Shown here one piece after another: positions 9,398 through 18,742 of a stretch of 48,644 nucleotides of DNA. How positions within the stretch are numbered: position 1 is the stretch's first letter; each line of letters begins with the position of its first letter. The stretch covers positions 1-48,644 of IMG/VR virus record IMGVR_UViG_3300017991_000152; one strand, 5' to 3'. Under the pieces are notes generated by a model. That model was not told where the DNA came from. It saw nothing but the letters and a program-made list of their open reading frames with translations, and made no database searches. The position numbers and the translations under genes were made by a program. Origin of the DNA: a virus. Lineage: Duplodnaviria > Caudoviricetes.

Positions 9398-10286
9398 TGT
9401 AGTTTCTTATTTGGAATCTCGGGGGGTAGACTATTGGACAAGTGGTAACAATGTATCGGCCGGTTGGATAGCTATTTGCTGCCCCTACTGCGATGATAAA
9501 ACAAACCACCTAGGTATTAATCTATCCAAAGGGCACCACAGTTGCTGGAAGTGCGGCGCGAATGGAACCCCTATAAAGCTAATTGCTATCATAGATAATT
9601 GTAGCTGGAAAGAGGCCTACAAGACGTGTAGGGCCTTTGAGACTGAAGAAGTCCCTGAATACCAGGAGTACCAAGAACAGCCTACTAGGGAGGTTTGCAA
9701 ACTCCCTATAGGCCTTTTAGATAATCTACCCACTAGACATAGGCAGTACTTGATTGATCGCGGGTTTGATCCTGACGTTCTCCAAGATGAATATCATATT
9801 AAAGCAACGATGAATATCGGACCATACCGACATAGAATTATCATTCCAATTCATTACCAGCGAGAGGTTGTTAACTTCGTTGCGAGAGATATCACCGGGA
9901 ACTTTGATAAGCGCTATCTGATGGCTCCCTCGAGAGATGTTAAAATAAAGCGTCAGAACCTCCTCTATGGCATTGATGACATAAAGCAATCCGTGGTCAT
10001 TGTTGAGGGTATCTTTGATGCTTGGCGCGTCGGCAAAGGTGCCGTAGCAACCTTTGGAACACGCGTTACCAACGAACAATTAAATCTACTCTGTCGTAAA
10101 AAAATTCAAAGAGCATTCGTATGCTTTGATTCAGATGCAGCACGAACCTATGGCCACGAACTGACCAAAAAGTTGTCATATATTATCCCACATGTAGAGA
10201 ATGTTATTATATCTGAAGGAGATCCCGACTCCTATTTCCTGAACAATTCAGATGATTTAAAGTCCATTCAATTTTTATTAAAATAA
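9390..10286 (+). CDS. DnaG-type DNA primase (Zn finger + Toprim)
   Basis: CPYC...CWKC zinc-binding domain, RIIIPI, VIVEGIFDA, CFDSD. Confidence 0.88.
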   Translation: MFDVVSYLESRGVDYWTSGNNVSAGWIAICCPYCDDKTNHLGINLSKGHHSCWKCGANGTPIKLIAIIDNCSWKEAYKTCRAFETEEVPEYQEYQEQPTREVCKLPIGLLDNLPTRHRQYLIDRGFDPDVLQDEYHIKATMNIGPYRHRIIIPIHYQREVVNFVARDITGNFDKRYLMAPSRDVKIKRQNLLYGIDDIKQSVVIVEGIFDAWRVGKGAVATFGTRVTNEQLNLLCRKKIQRAFVCFDSDAARTYGHELTKKLSYIIPHVENVIISEGDPDSYFLNNSDDLKSIQFLLK

Positions 10287-10480
10287 TGTAGAATTGATCT
10301 TGAGTCTCTTTCAAATCTAGTTTTTAATAGGCCCTATCAAATCCTGTGAGCTGTTCTAGATTTACCTTCAACAATGAGAAAGGTTAGGCAGAGCTATCTT
10401 TAGGTAGCTTCTAAAGGCCTATTTACAAGTTATGGCGGATATAGTAACGCATGCGGAGTTAAGCGAGAGGAGGTTGATTA

Positions 10481-12265
10481 GTGCATCCTAATCCAGACCA
10501 GTCAGATACTGCTGTATTTATAAATGCCTTTTCCGACGATATTTATGCAACATTCAATAAAACAATCCTTTATGATTCTAGCATAAATCTAAAAGCCAAA
10601 GGCTTGCATTTTATGTTGCAAGCCTTAATGCCTAATACACTGGTGACTACCGCTTCACTTCTTGAGAACTGCACAGATGGCATTAAGTCCATTTATGCCA
10701 GTATAAAGATGCTGATGAAGTCCAGATACCTATACCGTGTACGACTACGCAAGACGGACGGTACGTTAGGGCCTGTAGCTTATGTTAGCTACCCAGTACC
10801 TACGCAGATTACTAGGTCGGCACTAGAGGACCTAGTGTGTAAAGCTAACCAGCATACTACCGTAGTACCTACTACAGAATCCGTAGAAACAGGCGGGGCT
10901 AATAAGACGTCAAATAGACCTCAAAATAATGACCCTAATTTTATCCCATACAAGCCAGAAAATGGGGGTCAAAATGGGGGTCAAAAATGGGTACCTAAAG
11001 CAAAAACTGATGTAGGTCCTAATACTACACAAAAAACTACTATAAACTTCAAAAATGCCAATGATTACCGACCACGACCCCAAAAGGGCCGTGTGGTTCC
11101 CCTTATAGTAGAAAATGAGGGCAATGAGAAACATGCCGATTTTGGCAAATTTGAAAAAAACCCAATGATTCCTTCCACGAAGCCAAAAGGGCCGTGTGGA
11201 TCGCTAAGTACTTATAAGTTATTACACTCGGATCAGAATTTTGATAAATCAAAATCCTTTCCTCATTCCATAACTAAGGATCTGCAAGCAGATCCATTCT
11301 TGCTTGGAAAACCTTTCTACGAAACAAGGAAAAACTTGCTTAAGAAATCAATTAAAAATGTAGTTGAACTTATCTTTGAGTTCTGGAATGAGCAGAGCTC
11401 ATTACAGACTCATCTGATCTCTTCGAAAACAAAAATATATAAGCATGTAACACATAGTATATACTCCTTGTTAAGTAATAAGTTGCCTACTGAGTCTGTA
11501 ATAGCTAGTACTGACTATGTCAGTACTACCATTACAGAACCTCAGGAATTAAATACTCTTGTTGAGAAACAAGATAATATCCTTGATCAGAACACACTAA
11601 ATACTCTTGTTGAGAAACAAGATAATATCCTTGATCAAAACAAACTAAATACTCTTGTTGAGAAACAAGATTTGCAAATGTTGCATGAGAATCTGCTTAA
11701 GATTGTAGAAGATATCAAACAAGCAATCCTTGATTACAATTGGTTGATTGCGGAACCGTTTACAAAGATCAAGGGTTCCGCCCGCCCGCAAGTTGTGGGT
11801 CTTGACGAATTTTTCAAGTTTTCCAGGTATTCAAATGACATTCGATCCTCTAACAATCACCCGTTACATGGCATTGAAAGTTGGTTTGTTGAATGTTCAA
11901 AAGGCCGTGAATATCTGGGGGATGCTTACGCGTTCCGTGTGAAAGAGGAAAATAGTTTAGTCACGGAAAAGCTTTTAGAACTTATAGGGCGAGAACGTCT
12001 TTTTGGCCGGGCAAATTTTGATAATTTACCTGTTTATGAGAGGAACGTATATGTGAAGGCTGCTAATCAATTACATGAATATGTTTTGAAGAACAGGCAT
12101 AAATTACCAGCCAAAGGGACTTATGCAACTTGCATTATGGGGGTAATTGCTATATTGCGGAAAACCGAGGAGTGTAAAGATATCCATCCGGGGTTTCTTA
12201 CCTCACCTCATATTTGGGCGAACCTAACAATCTACCTCAAGAGAAAGCAGATTATCAGGAGGTAG
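10481..12265 (+). CDS. Putative replication initiator (N-terminal winged helix, repeat-containing linker)
   Basis: ILYDSSINLKAKGL...TDGIKSIYASIKMLMKSRYL is typical of phage Rep N-termini; lies between primase and helicase; GGAGG SD. Confidence 0.65.
   Translation: MHPNPDQSDTAVFINAFSDDIYATFNKTILYDSSINLKAKGLHFMLQALMPNTLVTTASLLENCTDGIKSIYASIKMLMKSRYLYRVRLRKTDGTLGPVAYVSYPVPTQITRSALEDLVCKANQHTTVVPTTESVETGGANKTSNRPQNNDPNFIPYKPENGGQNGGQKWVPKAKTDVGPNTTQKTTINFKNANDYRPRPQKGRVVPLIVENEGNEKHADFGKFEKNPMIPSTKPKGPCGSLSTYKLLHSDQNFDKSKSFPHSITKDLQADPFLLGKPFYETRKNLLKKSIKNVVELIFEFWNEQSSLQTHLISSKTKIYKHVTHSIYSLLSNKLPTESVIASTDYVSTTITEPQELNTLVEKQDNILDQNTLNTLVEKQDNILDQNKLNTLVEKQDLQMLHENLLKIVEDIKQAILDYNWLIAEPFTKIKGSARPQVVGLDEFFKFSRYSNDIRSSNNHPLHGIESWFVECSKGREYLGDAYAFRVKEENSLVTEKLLELIGRERLFGRANFDNLPVYERNVYVKAANQLHEYVLKNRHKLPAKGTYATCIMGVIAILRKTEECKDIHPGFLTSPHIWANLTIYLKRKQIIRR
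11058..11202 (+). repeat. Two ~40-bp imperfect direct repeats with an identical 17-bp core CCAAAAGGGCCGTGTGG
   Basis: Cores at 11080-11096 and 11183-11199, 103 bp apart and therefore in different reading frames. Confidence 0.8.
11550..11671 (+). repeat. 48-bp tandem repeat, ~2.5 copies (LNTLVEKQDNILDQNx)
   Basis: TAAATACTCTTGTTGAGAAACAAGAT at 11550, 11598 and 11646. Confidence 0.92.
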
Positions 12266-12286
12266 CGACGTGAAAGGGGTTATGAA

Positions 12287-13825
12287 TTGACACTTAGAAG
12301 AGTACAAACAAAACCGCATACTGAAGATGAAATCATTACAGGGTTGATAACGAGTACCGATTTTATTCAGAAGGTAAGAGGGATTTACAAGCCCGATTAT
12401 TTTGGCGACCAGGGGAGGTTGCTTTCAAAGTGGGTTTTTGATTACTGGGAGAAACAAGGGGAAGCACCAGGGGAGAAGATCATTAGTCTCTATCAGATAG
12501 CCAAGGATGATATAAAACCGGCCATGGCAGAGAGTGTGGCTAATTATTTGGAGTCTTTGAGTGATAGGTACCATCGTGAAACTGACGCGGATTACCTCCT
12601 GGAAAAATCACGCGAATTTTTTGAGGAAAGGGCCTATGAAAATCTTTATACTCGTGGAAGGGATTTAGTTTCAATAGGACGTGTCAAAGAGGCTATAAAG
12701 CTTCATAGGGAGTTTGTGTTTGAAAAGGAGAATCTTAGTAATTGGGATAATCCAAATGAACCTGAGGTTGTGACGGATCATGTTCTTGGTGGGGATGATC
12801 ATTCGAATGAGCTGTTTAAATTCCAAGGGGCATTAGGCGAGTTATTAGGTCCGTTTGAGAAGGGATGGCTTGTGGCTATTTTAGGGCCGATGAAAAGGGG
12901 GAAATCGTTTTGGCTCCTTGAAGCGTTGTTTCAGGCTGTCATCCACAAAAAACGGGTAGCTTATATCAACCTGGAAATGTCGAAAAGAGACGCTATTTCT
13001 AGGGTGTATAGACGTTTATTCGGCAAATGGAAGGATACACCACCTAAAGTGCGATACCCTCTTTTTGATTGTGTCCATAATCAGGTTGGATCGTGTCCAG
13101 TAAGTCAGTATCGAGAAAATGATATTACATTGTGTTTGGATGATATTGACCGGGAAAAGCCGAAATGGGGTACCGCTGGGTTAGGTGATTATCGAGTTTG
13201 TACCTATTGCCGAGAAAACGCTGAATTGAGAAAACATTATTGCGTTGATGTTTGGTATAGCTGGTACAGGCCTCAAGGTGAGTATTCATTGAAAGCTGTG
13301 AAAAAAACCATTGAAAAATTTAGGGCACATTATGGGGATCGTTTGAGGATGATAACTTACCCGGCCTATTCGGTGACCCTAGATGATATTTTAGGGGGAT
13401 TGGACGATCTCATGTACACAGAAGGATATCACCCGGATGTGGTCATTTTAGATTATGCTGACATAGTTAAATCGCCTTATAAATTTCATGAGGAGCACGA
13501 GTTTACTGATGCATTATGGAAACGAATGAAAGGGGTTGCCTTAGATCGCCATCAATTATGGATAACAGCGACACAGGCTAACCGTGATGCCCTTGAAAAA
13601 GAATTGGTGAGTCCTAAGAATGTTGGGGGAAATATTCGCAAGCTTGCCCATGTGGATATTTTAGCCGCGATTAACCAGACCGAAGAAGAAAAAGAAAATC
13701 TAATCACCCGCCTGACGTGCTTGGTCCATCGGCATAAAGAGTCCAGCCTTCTACGCCAAGTCATGGTCTTATTTCAATTAGCAATTGGCATGCCCTATCT
13801 TGATTCGGAGCATATTGATTTTTAG
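12287..13825 (+). CDS. DnaB-like (SF4) replicative helicase
   Basis: GPMKRGKS Walker A, YINLEM, VILDYAD, TATQANR; Cys-rich insertion. Confidence 0.85.
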   Translation: MTLRRVQTKPHTEDEIITGLITSTDFIQKVRGIYKPDYFGDQGRLLSKWVFDYWEKQGEAPGEKIISLYQIAKDDIKPAMAESVANYLESLSDRYHRETDADYLLEKSREFFEERAYENLYTRGRDLVSIGRVKEAIKLHREFVFEKENLSNWDNPNEPEVVTDHVLGGDDHSNELFKFQGALGELLGPFEKGWLVAILGPMKRGKSFWLLEALFQAVIHKKRVAYINLEMSKRDAISRVYRRLFGKWKDTPPKVRYPLFDCVHNQVGSCPVSQYRENDITLCLDDIDREKPKWGTAGLGDYRVCTYCRENAELRKHYCVDVWYSWYRPQGEYSLKAVKKTIEKFRAHYGDRLRMITYPAYSVTLDDILGGLDDLMYTEGYHPDVVILDYADIVKSPYKFHEEHEFTDALWKRMKGVALDRHQLWITATQANRDALEKELVSPKNVGGNIRKLAHVDILAAINQTEEEKENLITRLTCLVHRHKESSLLRQVMVLFQLAIGMPYLDSEHIDF

Positions 13826-13941
13826 TCAATTGTAAAAACCAAAACAGCACTAGACAAAATTTGATAATATGGGATATAGGGCCTATAGCTGGGGAGCTAT
13901 CGTTTAAAATCCAAGTTATGGGATAAAAAAGAGGTTGCAAG

Positions 13942-14817
13942 ATGTTTATAGTTTACGAAAACATAGTTCACAGCGAAGTTAGGAAAATGATCAAGGAACT
14001 CAACCGAACAGGGTTTCTTGAGAAGCGAATTAAACTTGTTCCGAAAATGAGTAGGGATCAATTAGCAAGATCATTCATTTTGGGAATCCAGCAATGTTTT
14101 GATGCGGGTAAGCTTGATGGCTTATCGGACGAAATCTATGATTACTATTTGCATATAGCTAAACCGGACAAGAAGCCTCCACAGGAAATCCAGCAAGAGG
14201 TGGCTGAGCCTGTCAAGGTTGAAAAGAAGACCAAGTCTAAGGGCGAGGAGACCCCCTCCCCTCCTAAAATCGATTTACGGGCGACTGAGAAAGCCAAAGT
14301 AGTTAGACCTAAGAAAAAAAGTCGCAAGGTTGCAAAAAAGAAGGCGGTGAAGAAAAGGCCTGTAAAGGCTGAGAAAAAAGCAAAAGCAACTAAAAAGGCA
14401 AAGCTTACAAAAAAAGCTAAAGCTACCAAAGTTACCCGAAAGAAAATAACCAAAAAGATAGCTAAAAAGGTGGCCAAAAAAGGTCGAAAGAATGTGACTC
14501 GCTTGACTGCGAAAGGGGTACCTCAAAAGATTAAGAGACGGCCTGGAAGGCCTCGAAAGTATCCTGTGAAAATTCCACCGAAAGATGGAATTGTTAGGAG
14601 TATGGCAACTGCTAAATCGACTAGAGCGGCTGTTTATGCCAGCATTGTTTCTGATAGCAAACCACGGACTAAAAAGCAGATCGTTAAAGAAATGATGAAA
14701 CGATACAAAGGCAGTGAGCAAGAGGCCATTTACTGGGTTGGGGGCTATAACGGGCTAATGATAGCTATGGGTCAAATGGTTAAGAGGGTTGATGGTAAAT
14801 TTGTTTTTGGGCAATAA
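13942..14817 (+). CDS. Lys/Ala-rich histone H1-like DNA-binding protein with an AT-hook
   Basis: KAKATKKAK repeats and KRRPGRPRK AT-hook. Confidence 0.7.
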   Translation: MFIVYENIVHSEVRKMIKELNRTGFLEKRIKLVPKMSRDQLARSFILGIQQCFDAGKLDGLSDEIYDYYLHIAKPDKKPPQEIQQEVAEPVKVEKKTKSKGEETPSPPKIDLRATEKAKVVRPKKKSRKVAKKKAVKKRPVKAEKKAKATKKAKLTKKAKATKVTRKKITKKIAKKVAKKGRKNVTRLTAKGVPQKIKRRPGRPRKYPVKIPPKDGIVRSMATAKSTRAAVYASIVSDSKPRTKKQIVKEMMKRYKGSEQEAIYWVGGYNGLMIAMGQMVKRVDGKFVFGQ

Positions 14818-14929
14818 TGGCGCGTAATTAACTAATTGGAAAATAAATTGAGCAAGGCAGAAAAAAGGGGTTGCGTTATTGGAAAGGTTACGATACTTAG
14901 ACTCTGGATTAACCACCAATCGCAAAACA

Positions 14930-14966
14930 ATGAAAGACCGGACCTCTATGAGGCCCGGTTTTTCAT
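14930..14966 (+). terminator. Rho-independent terminator
   Basis: ATGAAAGACCGGACCTC-TAT-GAGGCCCGGTTTTTCAT. Confidence 0.7.
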
Positions 14967-14999
14967 TTCTGCCTTTCCTCCCTCGAAAATAGGTACCTT

Positions 15000-16025
15000 A
15001 TGAACGTAGATCGTGACGTGTTTTTGAATATGTGTAAACGCCTCTTACCTCTTACAAAAACGGGAATAGATGGTATTGCCCTTTTTACCGGGAAAGATTT
15101 TGCAGGGTATAATCAGGTGAGCTTGCTTGCATTTCCATTTGAGACGGATTTTTGCGGGAGTGTTCCGATTAAGGATTTGGTCGCTATTCTGAGAAAGATG
15201 CATAAAGGTGATGTAGATCTTCATGTGTCTAGGTCTGAGTTATCTTTAATTAGCGACGATATGACAGGGATAGTTGTCTTGGATAGGGATGATTATCGGA
15301 TGGATATAGTTATTGATTTGGTGACAAGTGTTGATGAGCCTCACAATTGGGATGATTTTGTGAATCCTGAAATTTTCGTATCAGCTTTGAGATTGTGCCG
15401 ACAAGCTGTTAGTAGGATAGGATACACGGCAACTAGGTTTGTCCATTTAGGGGGTGATGAGATAATAGGTGCTGATGATTTTAGGATAACTATCCACAAA
15501 ATTCAGGAATTTATTGGGGATTATATTATGTTAGGAGTTCCTGAAAGTATGCTACTTGAATCATTTGATTTAGATCAGTACGCATATACTGAGACCCAAA
15601 TGCTCTGTTTAGGTGCTGACGATAGTTTGTTAATCGTACATAACTATAGTGACTCTTTCGATCCGTTGTCTGTAAGTAATTATTTTGATATTGAGGGGCA
15701 AAATTTTCACTTTCCAAAAGTGGTTGGTGAGGCGATAGATCGGGCTAAGTCAATGGTTGCGGGAGGTCATTTAATCGAAAAGACTATCGAGGTCTTAATG
15801 GAACCTAAAAGGGTCACCATAACAGCGCAAAAGGATAGTGGAGCTATTCGAGTTTTTTGTGATATTCCAGAATTAAAAATTAAAAAACCGCAATCATTTA
15901 GGATTAGTCCAATATATCTAGGTGAGGCTTTAAATGGCCAGGATTCAGATGTGATACTTGGTGAAAATTCTATCATGGTCCATAATAATCAGTATTCAAC
16001 CTTGATCGGCCTCCAAAGAGTGTAG
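15000..16025 (+). CDS. Probable DNA sliding clamp (beta-clamp-like)
   Basis: 341 aa, acidic, with a three-domain beta/alpha pattern (ADDFRI, FRISPIYLGEAL); next to the polymerase and clamp loader. Confidence 0.6.
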   Translation: MNVDRDVFLNMCKRLLPLTKTGIDGIALFTGKDFAGYNQVSLLAFPFETDFCGSVPIKDLVAILRKMHKGDVDLHVSRSELSLISDDMTGIVVLDRDDYRMDIVIDLVTSVDEPHNWDDFVNPEIFVSALRLCRQAVSRIGYTATRFVHLGGDEIIGADDFRITIHKIQEFIGDYIMLGVPESMLLESFDLDQYAYTETQMLCLGADDSLLIVHNYSDSFDPLSVSNYFDIEGQNFHFPKVVGEAIDRAKSMVAGGHLIEKTIEVLMEPKRVTITAQKDSGAIRVFCDIPELKIKKPQSFRISPIYLGEALNGQDSDVILGENSIMVHNNQYSTLIGLQRV

Positions 16026-16058
16026 TATGGGATAGGGGAACAAAAATGACGGTGGCCG

Positions 16059-18740
16059 ATGATCAAAAGCTTCTTTACTGGAAAAACCTCCAAAGAAATC
16101 CTAGATAAATTAAATAGTCCTTGCGAGAAATGCAAACTATATAAAGAGGTGAGGTCCCCAAAAATGGGGGCTACGGGAGAAGGGAGCAAAGGAATCCTTA
16201 TAATAGGTGAGGCCCCAGGAGTTACTGAGGATGAAATGGGCAAACAGTTTGTGGGGGAGTCTGGCCAACTCCTGGAGAGATATTTAAAAGACTATGGGAT
16301 AGATCTCCATAAAGACTGCAGACTCATCAATGCAATTAATTGCCGTCCTCCGGCTAATAGAACGCCCACTCCGCGGGAGATTGTTTATTGTAGGCATAAA
16401 GTCAAAGAAACTATAGACGCGTTTAAACCGAACTGTATATGGCTTTTGGGGAGTTCTGCAATCAAAAGTTTTTATGGAGGCCGATTTAGCCATAATGAGG
16501 TCTATCGATGGAATCAACTGTGCATACCGGATAAAGAAACCGGTGCGTGGGTTATTCCTATGTATCATCCTAGTTTTGCTTTACGGGCTGAGAAGGATAT
16601 CAACAAAGTATCAGTGTTTGAACGAGGGTTAGAGTTTGCAGTTGAGCGTTCTGAGTGGGAACCTTACTGGCATGAAGACCTTAACTCTAGGATAAATATT
16701 TTAGATACCTATGAGAAAGTCATATGGTACTTGGGAGGGCTTCTAGATAGGGCTGAGAGTCATATTTACCCGCTTGCGTTTGATTACGAGGCAAGTAGTT
16801 TAAAACCTCATAGAGGGCCTGACCAGTGTATTTGGTCGTGTGCTATGGCAACAAGTGATGATCAGGCCTTTGCTTTCCCAGTAAGCTATACAGGACATTT
16901 TAGGGAAGCCGAGCAAGACGAAATTATCTATCTATTAGCCCAAATAATGCAACATAATAACATCCAGAAAGTCGCTCATAATCTCCAGTTCGAAGACCTA
17001 TGGACGCGGGTTGTTTTGGGTACCACGGTTAAAAATTGGCATTGGTGCACAATGAACGCAGCGCATGTGCTTGATTGTCGTGAGAAATACACGGGCCTTA
17101 AATTTCAAGCATACATAAACTATGGGATAGAAGGATATGAAAAAGAACTCTTACCTTTTATGGTGAATTGCCATGAAGGGACTCAGCTAAATCAATTAGA
17201 TATGGTCCCACTGGATAAATTATTGACTTACAATGGTGTTGATGCATTGGTTACATACTGGCTTTATGAAGATCAGCAAGTATTGGCGAAAGATAAAGGT
17301 AAGAGAGCAAGTGCATTTGCTACTGTAACCATGCCGGGAATTATTGCTCTGAATGATGCTACAGTTCGTGGTATTCGCCTTGATTTGGACTATTATACCA
17401 AAACACGTGAAGCACTTTTACAGCAACTAGTATTCTATGAAAAGCGTCTAACGAGGGGTAAAGTTGCAAAGCAGTTCATGAAGCTGACCGGGAAACGTTT
17501 AGAGATTAAGAAAAAGGATTTTTCTACAAAGGACCTGAAAACGGTAATCTATGAGATAATCAAGCCATCCAAGACAAAATATACGGCTACGGGCCAATTA
17601 TCGGTGGATCATGAGGTATTAGAGACCATTGATAATCCGTGGGCGCAAGATCTTGTCAGGCGCCGAAAGCTGTACAAGATAATCCATACCTATCTCGCCC
17701 AATTTACGCGAGGGGTAGACTTACAGGGCTTTATGCATCCTATGTTCTATCTTCATACGACACGCACCTATCGTGGGAGTTCGGTTGATCCTAATTTTCA
17801 AAACGTGCCTAATCGAGATGAGGAGGGAAAAGCGGCAACGCGTAAAGGAATCTACCCAAGTAAAGGGCGACGGATAGTCACGGCTGACTACGGTAGCCAG
17901 GAGGTGAGAGTCGCGGCTATTCTAAGTCAAGATCCGAAACTCATGTGGTATTGCTCGCAAGATAAGAGCGATATGCATTTGGATATCGGATCGAAAATTT
18001 GGGCAGTAGATCCAAAGCTAATCACCAAGACAATCCGTTTCCATATCAAAGGTGGTTTTGTTTTTGCGCAGATTTACGGCAGCTATTACCTATCATGTGC
18101 ACAAAAACTATGGGATACGTGTATTGATTTAGAGCTCAAAGACGGGCAAACAGTACGAGAGCATTTAAAGGAGTGTGGCGTTTTAGAGGGCAAAGACCGA
18201 AAGACCAAAATGAAGCTAAGAGGTCGTGTAGCAACTGTGTCAATGCACTGGAAACAGTTTGTAGACCACGTGCAATCGATAGAAACGTGGTTTTGGGAGC
18301 AGTTTGCTGTTCTTAGGGAGTGGCAAAATAAGCTTGTCAAAGAGTACCAAAAACACGGTTGGGTTGAGATGGCTTTTGGATTTCGCAGAACAGGCCTATT
18401 ATCAAATAACATGATTTTTAATAGTGCTGTGCAAGGGACTGCATTTCATTTGCTCATGTGGTCCTATATTGAACTGAACAAGCTTTGCCAAACCAGATGG
18501 CAAACAAAACTTATGGGCCAAATCCATGACGAGATACTATATGATATGCATGCCCCTGAATTGCATGATGTGCTAGACATGACTCAATATATAATGGAGG
18601 ATAAGATCCGTGAAAGATTTGAGTGGGTAAATGTTCCACTTCGCATTGAGCCTGAAGCATCCGAAATTGATCAAGCATGGTTTTATAAACGACCTTTGAT
18701 TAGAAAGAACACGGGATACTGGGAGTATGAGGGGAAATAA
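16059..18740 (+). CDS. polA: Family A DNA polymerase with an N-terminal family-4 uracil-DNA glycosylase domain and 3'-5' exonuclease (SPO1-like architecture)
   Basis: UDG: CEKC, IGEAPG..ED..G.QFVG.SG, CRPP.NR.P, YHPS. Exo: FDYE, HNLQFE, YNGVDA. Pol: PNFQNVP, ADYGSQEVR, K...F..IYG, QIHDE. Confidence 0.93.
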   Translation: MIKSFFTGKTSKEILDKLNSPCEKCKLYKEVRSPKMGATGEGSKGILIIGEAPGVTEDEMGKQFVGESGQLLERYLKDYGIDLHKDCRLINAINCRPPANRTPTPREIVYCRHKVKETIDAFKPNCIWLLGSSAIKSFYGGRFSHNEVYRWNQLCIPDKETGAWVIPMYHPSFALRAEKDINKVSVFERGLEFAVERSEWEPYWHEDLNSRINILDTYEKVIWYLGGLLDRAESHIYPLAFDYEASSLKPHRGPDQCIWSCAMATSDDQAFAFPVSYTGHFREAEQDEIIYLLAQIMQHNNIQKVAHNLQFEDLWTRVVLGTTVKNWHWCTMNAAHVLDCREKYTGLKFQAYINYGIEGYEKELLPFMVNCHEGTQLNQLDMVPLDKLLTYNGVDALVTYWLYEDQQVLAKDKGKRASAFATVTMPGIIALNDATVRGIRLDLDYYTKTREALLQQLVFYEKRLTRGKVAKQFMKLTGKRLEIKKKDFSTKDLKTVIYEIIKPSKTKYTATGQLSVDHEVLETIDNPWAQDLVRRRKLYKIIHTYLAQFTRGVDLQGFMHPMFYLHTTRTYRGSSVDPNFQNVPNRDEEGKAATRKGIYPSKGRRIVTADYGSQEVRVAAILSQDPKLMWYCSQDKSDMHLDIGSKIWAVDPKLITKTIRFHIKGGFVFAQIYGSYYLSCAQKLWDTCIDLELKDGQTVREHLKECGVLEGKDRKTKMKLRGRVATVSMHWKQFVDHVQSIETWFWEQFAVLREWQNKLVKEYQKHGWVEMAFGFRRTGLLSNNMIFNSAVQGTAFHLLMWSYIELNKLCQTRWQTKLMGQIHDEILYDMHAPELHDVLDMTQYIMEDKIRERFEWVNVPLRIEPEASEIDQAWFYKRPLIRKNTGYWEYEGK

Positions 18741-18742
18741 CA

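Noticed and set aside
10340-10385. CTGTGAG...GAAA as a hammerhead ribozyme or c-di-GMP riboswitch
   Set aside because: The core does not match CUGANGA with correctly placed stems, and the GEMM consensus is absent
11550-11671. 48-bp repeats as a CRISPR array
   Set aside because: The intervening segments are nearly identical rather than unique spacers, the repeats are in frame inside a CDS, and there are no cas genes
14145-14721. Hydrophobic minus-strand ORFs resembling membrane proteins (also 7014-7208 on + and 45259-45462)
   Set aside because: These are antisense shadows of Lys-rich genes (AAA/AAG read as TTT/CTT)
16059-18740. Inteins or introns in the polymerase, helicases, RecA or TerL
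   Set aside because: Lengths are normal, catalytic motifs are contiguous, and no C...HN splice motifs or homing endonucleases were seen
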